Source: Octopus bimaculoides
Taxonomy: Eukaryota
Assembly (NCBI RefSeq): GCF_001194135.2
Contig: NC_068983.1
Coordinates: 82,240,796-82,304,281 of the forward strand
DNA length: 63,486 nt
Direction: 5' to 3'
Shown: piece after piece, positions 12,793 through 25,269 of the stretch
Layout of the letters: the number at the start of each line of letters is the position of its first letter
Numbering within the stretch: the stretch's first letter is position 1
The notes under the pieces: generated by a model
The model's database searches: none
Seen by the model: the letters and a program-made list of their open reading frames with translations, nothing else
What the model was told of the DNA's origin: nothing
Made by a program: the position numbers and the translations under genes

Positions 12793-13041
12793 AATGCGCC
12801 CTTTTAAAGCCTAGCCAGGCTCATGGGCCCGGTTTCCTGGTTTCAGTTGTGTGCATGCTCCCCAGCTGGATGGGATACCCGTCCATCGCAGCGGTACTCA
12901 TTTTTTGCCAGCTGCGTGAACTGGAGCAACATGAAATGAAGTGTTTTGCTCAAGAACACAACGCGTCACCCGGTCCAGGAATCAAAACCACAATCTTATG
13001 ATCATGGTGCTGACACCCTAACCACTACTCCACGCGCTCCA
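12793..13041 (-). mobile_element. Family E tRNA-derived SINE, V-domain-like tail
   Basis: Minus-strand tRNA-like head, shared core TTGAGCAAAACACTT..CTCCAGTTCACGCAGCTG..AAATGAGTA, then CTGCGATGGACGGGTATCCCATCCAG. Confidence 0.8.
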
Positions 13042-13163
13042 CATCTATCTATCTATCTATCTATCTATCTATATGTGTGTGTATATACATACATATACAT
13101 ACATATATACACACTCTATTTCTTTATTTTCTCACTCTATTTCTTTATTTTCTCGCTCTATTT

Positions 13164-13239
<76 letters not shown>

Positions 13240-14252
13240 TCACACACACATACCCATATAAGAATATATGCGTAATGTTTCTACCACCATCCTCTGCCAA
13301 AAGCTCAATACTTTTTTTTATATATTTGCCAATCACTAAACTAAATACTAATGTACAGATGTGATCATGCATTCTGTTCTCCTCTTCTTCCTTCTTCTTC
13401 TTTTGGCTTCACCCATCTCTTTCTCCATCTCCTCAACACCCTGCTTTTTTTTTCTTTTCTATTTACCCTAATTTATCATCGAAAATGCTGTTGCTGTCCC
13501 TGCCACTGTCTTGTTATGATTATGCTTGTTGATATTGCTGTTTCATTCTTACTTGATTAAGGTTTCATAAAGGATTCTTTGTGTTATTGTTATTGTTGTT
13601 ATCCAACTTGATATTATTGTTGCTGGTGTTTATTCATGGTGAGTTGACTCTTTCTTGATTAAATTTGTGCATAGTGCTTTCTTTTGTAACTTAGTTTTAC
13701 AGTCTCTGTCCATCCATCCATCAATTCATATGTCTGTCTGTCTATCTATCTATCTATCTGTGTGTGTGTATCTGTCTAACAATCTGTATATGTATCTATT
13801 ATTTAATTATTTACCTACTTATCTCATGGTATCTGTCTAACTGCGATCTGCTAATTCTGTGTTTGTGTGTGTGTTTATGTGTGTGCATCTCTATGCATGT
13901 GTGTGTGTGTATATATATATATATCAACAAATCGTGTGTGATGTTAAAACGTGTAGGCCTCAATATTATTGGTAATAGAGGACTATATTCATTGAATGAT
14001 ACAGTAATAAAGACTCACATACAGAGCTTTATGTTTCTGCATCAATGATATGATGATTGCTGTACTCCTTCAGCTGTTGCAATACTATTGCAAATACATA
14101 AATAATATAAATTGACATTCAACAGCTGAAGAGGTGCAGTGATCATCGTATCAAAGACAGAAACTTGAAGTCCTGTATATGAGTCTTTATAACTGTATCA
14201 ATAAATATATATATTTATATATATGTATATGTATATTTGTCATCATCAACAT

Positions 14253-14512
14253 CAAGTCAGTAGCAGGGGTGGATGCTCTGAAAGTGCAGCTGTTAGAGTA
14301 AGGATAGCCTGGGCGAAGTTCAGAGAGCTCCTACCTCTGCTGGTGACAAAGGGCCTCCCGCCCAGAGTAAAAGGTAGACTGTATAACGCATGTGTGTCAA
14401 CAGCTATGCTACATGGCAGTGAAACATAGGCTGTGGTTGCTGAGGACATGCGTAAGCTTGCAAGGAATGAAACCAGTATGGTCTGCTGGATGTGTAATGT
14501 CAGTGTGTATAC
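14253..14512 (+). pseudogene. RTE-clade LINE ORF2 C-terminal fragment
   Basis: GGCSESAAVRVRIAWAKFRELLPLLVTKGLPPRVKGRLYNACVSTAMLHGSET*AVVAEDMRKLARNETSMVCWMCNV. The W codon is mutated to TAG at 14427. Confidence 0.85.
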
Positions 14513-14741
14513 ACCATTCAAAAATAATATCAGAACATACATATTAATAACTAAAGAGTTGTAAAAGTCTCAATGACTGAAACTGGTACTAAAATGTTCT
14601 TTATGATAAAATTATTTTAGAATTTTATATAAACGACGACGATGATAATGATGATGATGATGAGATAGATAGATAGATAGATAGACAGATATAGATTTAT
14701 GTATGTGTATATATGTGTATGTGTGCGTATAAATATATATA

Positions 14742-14775
<34 letters not shown>

Positions 14776-15157
14776 NNNNNNNNNNNNNNNNNNNNNNNNN
14801 NNNNNNNNNNNNNNNNNNNNNNNNNNNNNNNNNNNNNNNNNNNNNNNNNNNNNNNNNNNNNNNNNNATATTTAATTATATGTATTTCTTCTATCTTAATG
14901 AATAAAAATTCTTCGGATAGAATAAATGGGTTAATAGAAACCAATGTAGCAAAGAACACAAAATAACTGTGGTGTAGTTCCTGTTTTTAAGGCAGGAACT
15001 CCTTGAAATTTTGGGTATTTGAGTATATTTAAAAATTTAAGGAATGGAGAAAACGCATGTTATAATTGCATACTTTATTCCTACACGCGCACGCGCACGC
15101 GCACGCGCACATGCACATGCACATGCACACACACATACATATACGATACATATATAC

Positions 15158-15321
15158 AGTGGGCTTCTTTCAGTTTCTGCCAATCGAATCCACCTAACAA
15201 GACTTTTGTCAGCCTGAGGCTATAGAAGAGGACACTTGCTCAGGGTGCCACACATTGGGACTGAACCCGGAACCATGTGATTGAAAAGCAAGCTTTTTAC
15301 CACACAGCTATACCTGCACCT
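15158..15321 (-). mobile_element. Family A tRNA-derived SINE, 5' half
   Basis: Reverse complement of GTGTGGTAA..GCTT..CACATGGTTCCGGGTTCAGTCCC..CCTGAGCAAGTGTC. Confidence 0.8.
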
Positions 15322-15556
15322 ATACATATGAAAAAAGAAAAATCTAGTCTTAGATCTTTCACACACATGTGCGCATACATAGATATATGTGTCCACCCAT
15401 GCACAAACACGCATGTATACTTGTTTACCCCCATTCACAACATTTGCTGAAGAGTAATCACAGCTAATCTCAAGAAATAATAGTTTCTACAGCAATAAGA
15501 TTAAATTGGACGAAGAAATCAAAGGAAATGAAAAGCAAAAAGTTACATTGTAAGAC

Positions 15557-15576
15557 AACTGATGGTGTTGTGTAAT

Positions 15577-15658
<82 letters not shown>

Positions 15659-15800
15659 AATAGATATATATGTATGTATATATATGTATATGTAAAGATG
15701 CATATTTATATATATATATATATATAAATATCAGATACACTTATTTATACATATACATATGTATATGTATACACATACATATATCAAACATATATAGGTG

Positions 15801-15836
<36 letters not shown>

Positions 15837-15947
15837 GATATATAATGAATATATACACGTTCATATGTATGTATAAATGTACATATATGTATATTTGCAT
15901 ATGTGTATACTTATATATGTATACACACATGCACTCACACACAAACA

Positions 15948-16022
<75 letters not shown>

Positions 16023-16050
16023 GCATATGCATACACATACACACGCATAA
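15557..16050. repeat. (TG)n about 98 bp followed by (TA)n-rich tract
   Basis: Directly visible. Confidence 0.95.
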
Positions 16051-16494
16051 TTAAACACTCACATATATATTTGACTACTGACATACAAAGATAATAAACA
16101 CACCTTGACAATGGGTCTTATATACACCCAACGGCAGATACTAAGACACACACATAACCACCGATCAGTGAATCTAATTTGTCTATTTGAAGAAGACGTA
16201 AGGAAATGAAATATTCTAAGGACTGGTGCAATCTGGAACAAATTAAGAATTTACCTGTGACTGCTTCCTTCCGGTTTCTCTGCCCTTCTTTGGAAATGGT
16301 TCCTGCTAAATACTCTGTGTTGGCAATGATGATTGGTTTGAGAGAGGAGGATGTGTAGTATAATGGGTAATATGGTTCTGTTGGGGTTTTTTTTTATTAT
16401 ATATGTAAGTCTTGGAATATAATATTTGTGTGTGTGTTTCTATATATGTGTCTCTATTTGCTTCTTTAATATATATCTATAATGAAGCACTGAC

Positions 16495-16735
16495 ATTACC
16501 AGAGCCACCACCACTACCACCACCACCACCACTAACATTACGACCATCACCAACACTAATGCCATCATCATCACCACCACCGCCACCACCTCTATCACCA
16601 CTGTCTACAACTATACTACCATTACAACCTATGTCAACACTGACACAACTACAATCACTACCACTGTCACAAACATCACCACCATCCTCCTCCCCTTCCT
16701 CCTCCTCACCATCAGTGTCATCATCACCAGAACCT
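16495..16735. repeat. (CCA/CAT)-rich cryptic trinucleotide repeat
   Basis: Directly visible; source of the spurious Pro-rich ORF 16412-16774. Confidence 0.85.
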
Positions 16736-16946
16736 TTGCATTTAAAAAAAAACTTATATGCAAGTACACATTAATATACATTCATTCAGACACACATACA
16801 TACCCCACCAAACACTCACACATAAATATATATGCACATCTTACAATAAAAAAAAAACAAATTTTAAACTCATTAATGTTTTGTGTAAAAGCACAAACAT
16901 CGTAAAAGCACACTTCCTGAGCTGTCATTCAATAAGAGGCAATGAA

Positions 16947-17358
16947 ATGGTGGCGAGTTGACAGAAAAGTTAGCACACTGGGTGAAATGCTTAACGGTAT
17001 TTCATTTGTCTTCACGTTCTGAGTTCAAATTCCACCGAGGTCGACTTTGCTTTTCAATCCTTTTGGGGTCGATAATTTAAGTACCAGTTGCATACTAATC
17101 GACTGGCCCCATCCCCCAAAATTTCAGGCCTTCTGCATAGAGTAGAAAAAAATAAGAGGCAGTGAAAAGGTGGCAAGCTGGCAGAAATGTTAGCATTCCA
17201 GGCGAAATGCTTTGCAGTATTTCATTTGTCTTTATGTTTTGAGTTCAAATTCCACTGAGGTTGACTTTGTCTTTCATCCTTTTGGGGTCGATAAATTAAA
17301 TACCATTTGTGTATTGGGGTCAATCTAATCACGCCTTGTACCTAGAGTAGAAAAGGGT
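16947..17358 (+). mobile_element. Two tandem Family C tRNA-derived SINEs (16947-17150, 17167-17358)
   Basis: Each has GGTGGC(G/A)AG(T/C)TG(A/G)CAGAA, B box GAGTTCAAATTC, and GACTTTG.CTTTCA.CCTTTTGGGGTCGATAA.TTAA.TACC. Confidence 0.85.
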
Positions 17359-18057
17359 AAGAGGAAGTGAAATGTCACCTGTTGATGAATACCTCTCATC
17401 ATGAAATATAAAGCAATTGGTTTTAATGTTGTTGTGCAGCCTTGTATAACCTCTGACAAAGTAGACCTATGGGAAAATACATTCCCATCATGGTCATTCC
17501 ATCCTTTCATTTTGGCATTGCATATCTAGGATTATAGTCCATGAGGTGCATACTGGAAAATAAGAACTCAATCCATAGTGTATCTATTCATCCTTAATAT
17601 GTTCTGGCAGATTTAAACTTCAATGTCTGATCACTTTTGTTTTACATCATCAGAGAACATCTCCTCCTTCATTGATGTAAGGAGATTTTGCAGTACTGGA
17701 TTACTCATAAGCAAAATAATAATGTACTTTGAGTATCAGAGTTAATGGGGACACCATGGAAATGGTAAATGCTTTATGGCACAAAAGAAATCATTTTAAA
17801 CCTGCTGAAATGATATTCCAAGTGGTTTATATGATTGGAAATATAATTTCAAAGTGCTTGTAGTGTCATAGTGAGGATCTAAATCAATGATTTTTTTGCA
17901 ATTTAGAAATGGTAGGAGAAAACTTTAAAGATATAAAGTATAAAAAATGAACATTATTTTCCATCTTACTGTTAGTTTTGTTTCACTTTGAAAAACAGAA
18001 ATTTATTTTATTGTGTTTTATTGTTTATAAAAATGTTCAACTATAAAATATTCTCTT

Positions 18058-18225
18058 TTACTCTTTTTACTCTTTTACTTGTTTCAGTCATTTGAGTGCG
18101 GCCATGCTGGAGTACCACCTTTAGTCCAGCAAATCAACCTTAGGACTTATTCTTTGTAAGCCTAGTACTTATTCCATCGGTTGTCAAGTGATGTTGGGGG
18201 GACAAACACAGACACACAAACATAT

Positions 18226-18264
<39 letters not shown>

Positions 18265-18434
18265 CACACACGATGGGCTTCTTTCAGTTTCCATCTACCA
18301 AATCCACTCACAAGGCTTTGGTCGGCCGGAGGCTATAGTAGAAGACACTTGCCCAAGGTGCCATGCAGTGGGACTGAACCCAGAGCCATGTGGTTGGTAA
18401 GCAAGCTACTTACCACACAGCCACTCCTGCGCCT
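18058..18434 (-). mobile_element. Family A SINE, near full length, with an internal ~50-bp deletion
   Basis: Head AGGCGCAGGAGTGGCTGTGTGGTAAG, internal (TA/TG) microsatellite, tail GACTGAAACAAGTAAAAGAG. Confidence 0.9.
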
Positions 18435-18914
18435 ATTGTTTATAACAATAATAAAACTTTTACCCTTGGCAAAAACACTACACCAGTTTCTATTGAAGTA
18501 ATTACATGGCACAATGGAGTTTCTATGTAATTGTCACTTGTCCAACAAGAAATAGCAGGCAAATCTCCCACCAATCATTCACAAATATCAAAAGTAAAGA
18601 AAGGATATTTTAGATAATGTACTCTCACATACACCAAAACAATGGGATTGGTTCTGCATGGAATGGTTTGACTAAAGGCTTATTTTATTGTCCATGTTCT
18701 CAGTCAGTCAATCACTATATACTCTGGTTCAAGCAGAATAAGAAAGTAACATCAAATGTAAGAGAACAACAAATTAGAAAATATCCCTTGAATAGACAAC
18801 TAAATGAAAACGATCCACCCTTTGTGAATGCAACTAACTTCCATCTCCCCTTAAGAATGCTAGCATTGGGCCAATATTTGAAACTATTACTTTATTATTT
18901 TTATTATTATTACA

Positions 18915-19118
18915 AAGGCGGTGAGCTGGCAGAATCATTAGCACACCAGGCAAAATGCTTAGTAGTAGTTCGTCTGTTGCTATATTCTGAGTTCAAATTT
19001 CGCCAAGGTCAACTTTGCTTTTCAACCTTTCAGTGTCAATAAAATAAGAATACGTTGAACACCGAGGTTGATGTAATCAACTCATCCCAAGCTGCCCTTG
19101 TGGCAAAAATTTGAAAAA
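18915..19118 (+). mobile_element. Family C SINE
   Basis: Same head, B box and body as the other C copies; follows a (TAT)n tract. Confidence 0.8.
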
Positions 19119-19124
19119 GGACTG

Positions 19125-19665
19125 CAAAGAGCAAAGTTTCTTCTACAAAAGCTGAGAGGTGGCATGCAGCCACCAATACTGTACACAGATAAAAAGCTAT
19201 TCAGTGTGCAAGTATTCCACAAGCCACATCGTATATATGCAGCAAATCAAATGGATGCTCCTGTCCAGCAAAGATTATTCTTTCGCTGGTAGAAACCTGC
19301 ATCCATAATGGTATGGGCAAGTGTGACCTAAAATAGCATGGAAACCCCGCTTAACTTTATTGAAGAGGGTGTAAAAATCAACCAACATGTTTATTTGGAC
19401 ATGTTAAAGGATAAAATAGTCCCTTGTATTATTGCAAAGTCCCAGAATAGAGTCGAGAAAATTTCAAGGCATTCTGATCAAAAGAGTTCTGGTCCTCCTC
19501 TTCGCCTGAGATGAATCCAATGGACTTTGACAGGTGGTCTATCCTTGAGAGCAAAGCCTGTGCTAATTCTCACACACGTCTCACAGCTCTTGAGCACCAG
19601 TTGTGAAAATATTATGACAAAATCTCTGCAGAAACTGTATGTGCCACTTGAACCCAACAAACATT
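19125..19665 (+). pseudogene. Tc1/mariner DD37D (maT-like) transposase fragment
   Basis: ILYTDKKLFSVQ..KPASIMVWASVT..FIEEGVKINQHVYLDMLKDKIV..FWSSSSPEMNPMDFDRWSILESKAC, with stops and an internal deletion. Confidence 0.75.
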
Positions 19666-20269
19666 TACTGAGGAAAGCACCCAATACTTTGTAGTTGAAT
19701 AAAATTTATTACACAGCTACATTGGGTTGTATGGCACATATGTCTCTCTCGCTCTCTCTCTCTCTCTATATANNNNNNNNNNNNNNNNNNNNNNNNNNNN
19801 NNNNNNNNNNNNNNNNNNNNNNNNNNNNNNNNNNNNNNNNNNNNNNNNNNNNNNNNNNNNNNNNNNNNNNNNATATATAAGTGGCTAAATTGGTTTGTTC
19901 CTGCTAAGTGGAGTTAACCTCTCTCATTTTCTCTCAGTGAACCTTTAGAAATTTACTAAAGGCAATGTAAGACTTTTGTAATACTGTTGTATTATGATCA
20001 CATAGGCTCAAGTGTATTCCTCATACTGACTTTCTTGATGAAACTGTATGTATGCATGTATGCATATTTATAAGTATGCATATATGCATCTGTATATATA
20101 TCTATGTAAGTCTGTATGCCTATATACACATGCATGTACGTATGTATGTATGTATGTATGTTTGTATAGCTGCTGCATGTGTATGCTTAAACATATGAGG
20201 TGCCATTTGCAATAGTAATGGTAGACTAAAGTGATGATGGTGATAGCAGTCTTAGCAGCTGCAGAAGTA

Positions 20270-20712
20270 GTATTGTTGTTGATGATGATGTTGATGATGA
20301 TGATGATGAGGCAGTAGTGCTAATGCTGGTAGTAATGGTGGTGGTGCTGATGTGGTGTTGGTGGTGGAGATAGTAGTGATATCATAAACTGTTCCTTCCT
20401 GTCTTTCCTTCCTGCAATCATGTTGGCCGGATGGCATGGAAGCAATAAGGCATGGCTGTGGAGATGAGATGGGGATTCTAGCTAGGCTGAATAGAAGGCT
20501 GGCTGGATAGAGAGATAGATGACTGCACACTGCCACCACCACCACCACTACCACTACCACCACCGCCGCCACCACCACCACTGCCACTGCCACCGCCGCC
20601 ACCATCTCCATTAGCACCACCACCATCTCCATTAGCACCACCACCACTGTTGCCGCTGCCACCACCACCACCACCACTGTTGCCGCTGTCACCACCACCA
20701 CCACCACCATTA
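20270..20712. repeat. (GAT/GGT)- and (CCA/CCG)-rich trinucleotide repeat
   Basis: Directly visible. Confidence 0.85.
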
Positions 20713-21571
20713 TTACTGTTGCAATGTTTTAACTAATCTACTACTTTGGATCTCTGTTAGATATGGCAATAGTTCTCCATCGCTCGCTCTCTCTCTCTCN
20801 NNNNNNNNNNNNNNNNNNNNNNNNNNNNNNNNNNNNNNNNNNNNNNNNNNNNNNNNNNNNNNNNNNNNNNNNNNNNNNNNNNNNNNNNNNNNNNNNNNNN
20901 NNNNNNNNNNNNNNNNNNNNNNNNNNNNNNNNNNNNNNNNNNNNNNNNNNNNNNNNNNNNNNNNNNNNNNNNNNNNNNNNNNNNNNNNNNNNNNNNNNNN
21001 NNNNNNNNNNNNNNNNNNNNNNNNNNNNNNNNNNNNNNNNNNNNNNNNNNNNNNNNNNNNNNNNNNNNNNNNNNNNNNNNNNNNNNNNNNNNNNNNNNNN
21101 NNNNNNNNNNNNNNNNNNNNNNNNNNNNNCCCTACCCTATCCTACCCCGAACCATCTCCCTCCCCCTTTTACCAACCTCCCCCCACCATCACCTCCCTAA
21201 TGAGAGGTCAAGCCTACTCAAACAAGGCGGTTTGCTCTAATAGCTTTCTTTGTTGTTTATGTCTATTGTATACATCTCACCATCTCTTTCTTTCTGTCTC
21301 TCTTTCTTTCTCTCTCTCTTTCTCTCTGTATCACTTTGTGCATGTAATTGCACATTTCCATGTGTTTGTGTGTGTGTGTGGCTGAGTTTTAAATGTTTCT
21401 TTATGAACATTTGTATGATTTTGTATGCGTCTGTGTATTTCTTTATATGTCTGAATAAGTGTGTGTGTGTGAGAGAGAGAGAATATTTAAAATGCTTCTA
21501 TACACATGTTTGTCCGTGTGTATGCATTGATCTATCTCTCTATATGTGTACATATTCATATATATGCATGT

Positions 21572-21611
<40 letters not shown>

Positions 21612-21616
<5 letters not shown>

Positions 21617-22191
21617 TAGCTGACATACCTGGTAATTCCCAGGAAAGCGGGGCTTATCCCTTGGTTCTGTTCTCATAATTGTTTTGCTAGTCCAATAACA
21701 ACAATACAAAATATGTAGCCCTTAAAATGATTTTTGTGAATTTACAGAGAATACCGAACTGTCTTACACAAGATCGTGTTTTTAAGAATTCCCCATAATT
21801 TATGAATACTCCAATTGTGATGTCAGTTATGTAATAACATGAAATTAGTTACCCAATAGTAAGAATTCAAATAAATTAGCCCCGAAAAGGGCTTTAATGC
21901 ATTCCCAGAGTATATAGAACATAGGAGGAAATACTAGTAAGGTATGTATACTAAAATCGTAAAGCCTGTTACATAATAACAGACTAATCAGATAGGAGAT
22001 AAAAACAATTCAAAGTAAATAACTCTGAAAAGGGCTTTTGTGCATTCCCAGAGAACATTACCCTTAGCGGTGCTAGTGTTAGTATATTCGTGAGTAAGTC
22101 ACTAACTGAAATAAGTGGATCTATTGTTTAGGAAAATACTATTTACTTGTTTAAGGGTTGTACTGGATAAATGGCGAAAATAACTCTAACA
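21612..22191 (+). mobile_element. Possible non-autonomous Helitron/Helentron-like element, truncated by a gap
   Basis: Starts TACTAGCTGACATACC with a subterminal hairpin CCTGG..CCAGG. Internal direct repeat AAAGGGCTTT..TGCATTCCCAGAG at about 21887 and 22030. Confidence 0.25.
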
Positions 22192-22570
22192 GNNNNNNNN
22201 NNNNNNNNNNNNNNNNNNNNNNNNNNNNNNNNNNNNNNNNNNNNNNNNNNNNNNNNNNNNNNNNNNNNNNNNNNNNNNNNNNNNNNNNNNNNNNNNNNNN
22301 NNNNNNNNNNNNNNNNNNNNNNNNNNNNNNNNNNNNNNNNNNNNNNNNNNNNNNNNNNNNNNNNNNNNNNNNNNNNNNNNNNNNNNNNNNNNNNNNNNNN
22401 NNNNNNNNNNNNNNNNNNNNNNNNNNNNNNNNNNNNNNNNNNNNNNNNNNNNNNNNNNNNNNNNNNNNNNNNNNNNNNTGTGTGTACCTATATAATGTAA
22501 TATATGTCTTTAAGTATGCATGTGCATGCACATACACATATATCAGTATGTATGTGTATATATATATATA

Positions 22571-22606
<36 letters not shown>

Positions 22607-22607
<1 letters not shown>

Positions 22608-23133
22608 TAAATTTATTAAAAAGGGTAGAAATTGATATTAATCAATTAAAACCAGTGGTCTAGCATATTAAACAATCCAAAGATTAAAATTATACTATAT
22701 ATAAAAATAAGAGGAATGACCAGCAAAAGTGGACTCCTATGTGCTAGAAATAGATGCCGAATCATCTAACCATGAAAAATAAGTTCTTAGTAAAAATTTT
22801 GCGACAGACTACGCTGATGATCCTGTAGATATTTACTTATGTAAATTTTAACAGGTGAAACCAAGGTACGTAGGTTAATCATTTTTTTATTTAGTACTTT
22901 TTCATTTGTCTTGCCCTTTTACAGTCTGTTGTATCGCTAAATTTTTACTGAGAACATATTTTTCGTGGTTAGATGATTCGGCATCTATTTCTAGCATATA
23001 GGAGTTCACTTTTGCAGGTCATTCCTCTTATTTTTGTATGTAATAAAATTTTAATCTTCGGATTTTTTTAATATGCTAGGCCACTGGTTTTAATTGATTA
23101 ATATCAATTTCTACTCTTTTTAATAAATTTTAA
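22607..23133. repeat. Long inverted repeat (arms 22607-22810 and 22923-23133, about 90% identical by eye)
   Basis: For example AATAAGAGGAATGACC..GCTAGAAATAGATGCCGAATCATCTAACCA versus its reverse complement at about 22965-23035. Confidence 0.95.
22809..22873 (+). ncRNA. Type I hammerhead ribozyme in the loop of the inverted repeat
   Basis: Stem I CTACG/CGTAG (5 bp). CTGATGA at 22814-22820. Stem II of about 15 bp, CCTGT..ATTTAC-TTAT-GTAAAT..ACAGG. GAAA at 22857-22860, CCAAGG, GUA site at 22868. U.U at 10.1/11.1. Confidence 0.8.
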
Positions 23134-23763
23134 ATAATGATGTTCTCAAACCGGTAAATTAGCTGCAAAAATTTATTAACTACAGAGTTATTTCCGGACT
23201 TAGCACGCCAGATTGAAGACATTTGAAAGGATACACTGAATGTAATTTGTAGAACNNNNNNNNNNNNNNNNNNNNNNNNNNNNNNNNNNNNNNNNNNNNN
23301 NNNNNNNNNNNNNNNNNNNNNNNNNNNNNNNNNNNNNNNNNNNNNNNNNNNNNNNNNNNNNNNNNNNNNNNNNNNNNNNNNNNNNNNNNNNNNNNNNNNN
23401 NNNNNNNNNNNNNNNNNNNNNNNNNNNNNNNNNNNNNNNNNNNNNNNNNNNNNNNNNNNNNNNNNNNNNNNNNNNNNNNNNNNNNNNNNNNNNNNNNNNN
23501 NNNNNNNNNNNNNNNNNNNNNNNNNNNNNNNNNNNNNNNNNNNNNNNNNNNNNNNNNNNNNNNNNNNNNNNNNNNNNNNNNNNNNNNNNNNNNNNNNNNN
23601 NNNNNNNNNNNNNNNNNNNNNNNNNNNNNNNNNNNNNNNNNNNNNNNNNNNNNNNNNNNNNNNNNNNNNNNNNNNNNNNNNNNNNNNNNNNNNNNNNNNN
23701 NNNNNNNNNNNNNNNNNNNNNNNNNNNNNNNNNNNNNNNNNNNNNNNNNNNNNNNNNNNNNNN

Positions 23764-23935
23764 CTTGACGACTGATGCTGTTGTGTTTACATCCCCATAA
23801 CCTAGTAGTTCAGCAAAAGAGACAGATAGAATAAGTACTAAGCTTACAAAGAATAAGTCCTGGGGTTGATTTGCTTGATTAAAGGCAGTGCTCCAGCATG
23901 GCCACAGTTAAATGACTGAAACAAATAAAAGAATA
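23764..23935 (+). mobile_element. Family A SINE 3' half
   Basis: GATAGAATAAGTACT..GTGCTCCAGCATGGCC..GACTGAAACAAATAAAAG. Confidence 0.85.
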
Positions 23936-24059
23936 TGCATACATATATTATTCAAAGAAATTCCAACTTTGATTCTCACATTTTATTTAAAATCTTTGTA
24001 ATAATATATAAGATAAGATAATATAATGAAACGATAGAATATTAAATGTTCATTCTGAT

Positions 24060-24104
24060 TGATCTAGTACTTTCATGCATTGAACTATGCCATCTTCAGG
24101 TTCA
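24060..24104 (-). ncRNA. Minimal type I hammerhead ribozyme downstream of a Penelope-like endonuclease
   Basis: Minus strand: TGAAC-CTGAAGA-TGGCAT-AGTTCA-ATGCAT-GAAA-GTAC-TA-GATCA. Palindromic stem III AGTACT; one mismatch each in stems I and II, plus U.U at the base of stem II. Confidence 0.7.
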
Positions 24105-24414
24105 TGTAATAGTGGTGACAGTTATGTTTTATAATTTACAACTGTAATAGGATGGCTAAAATGTGTGCCTTAAATACATTTGTATAGGCTCCAGAATGAT
24201 AATTTTTGCAAACTGTATTCTGACCAACCAGTGTGTGGCTTCACTAAATTACGTAAGTTGATTGATGCTTGGTTTAGGCATCACGGTTTGTTGAACATGT
24301 CAAGAGACCTGTGTTTTGACCTTGGCCAAAAGAGTAATTGTTTGGCTACTTTTAGAAATGTTGTAAACATTTCAATTATCATTGTCACTATTATCATCAC
24401 CTTTATTATTATTA

Positions 24415-25115
24415 TTTAGCTTGGGTTGGAATTTATCAATAAAGTTCTTTTCTCTAATTTTTCTCTCAATTTCACTTGAACTGTGTAGTTTGTGGAATGG
24501 AAATATTATAAATATTTTCTGACCACATGTTGCTAGATGGTTACTCAAAGGTATCTGACAGATATCTGGGTCTCCATTTTGCTGTCAGTGCACATGTGAG
24601 CATTCTGATAGTGCTTTCCAATCTGACCCACATGCAGTTCTTCACAATTCACAGTCTCTCTCTTTTGTAGTCCATATTTGTGTTTGTGAATATTTTTCCA
24701 GTTTTTGTGTTCATATATTGGCTGGTAAGTATGAATTGGCATGTGCCACATCGGCTATCATGGCATTTAGATACAGTGAATGACTGGTCTTTGTTGGTAA
24801 GGTCAAACTTTGCCTATGATAATAATTTTTGCAAGTTTTTAGACTGTCTTCTACTAAGAACCATAGCTCGGTCTGTGATTATATCTTTTAATTCATTACT
24901 TTGAGCAACGAATGGTAGGTTTACTTTGGCAATGTTGAAGATATTCTGGTGACATGGGTTGTATGTCACTATAAATGGTATAACATGTTCTTGTTTTCCT
25001 CATTTTGGGGGGGTTCTCCTAAGTTGATGTATGGGTATTTTTATAGCCCACTGTATACCATTTTCTATAAGTAGAGATGGGTATTTTTGTTTGAGCAAAA
25101 ATTCTCTTAGTTCTG
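24415..25115 (-). pseudogene. Penelope-like element (Neptune-type) RT thumb/linker plus GIY-YIG endonuclease, frameshifted
   Basis: ELREFLLKQKYP..VIPFIVTYNP..SRRQSKNLQKLL..KCHDSRCGTC..HVGQ..LSNHLATC..ERKIREKNFIDKFQPKLN. Confidence 0.8.
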
Positions 25116-25174
25116 TTATATATGTATGTATAAATATATATGTTTGTATAACAGGGCCACCTGTCAATTAATTC

Positions 25175-25255
25175 CCTGGCTGCCTGAGTGGCTCCCATAC
25201 TGGTGGCATGTAAAAAGCACCATCCAAATGTGGCCTATGCCAGTGCCCCCAACTG
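25175..25255 (+). mobile_element. Family B repeat fragment
   Basis: GGTGGCATGTAAAAAGCACC matches 37375-37395. Confidence 0.5.
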
Positions 25256-25269
25256 GCTTTTGTTTTGGT

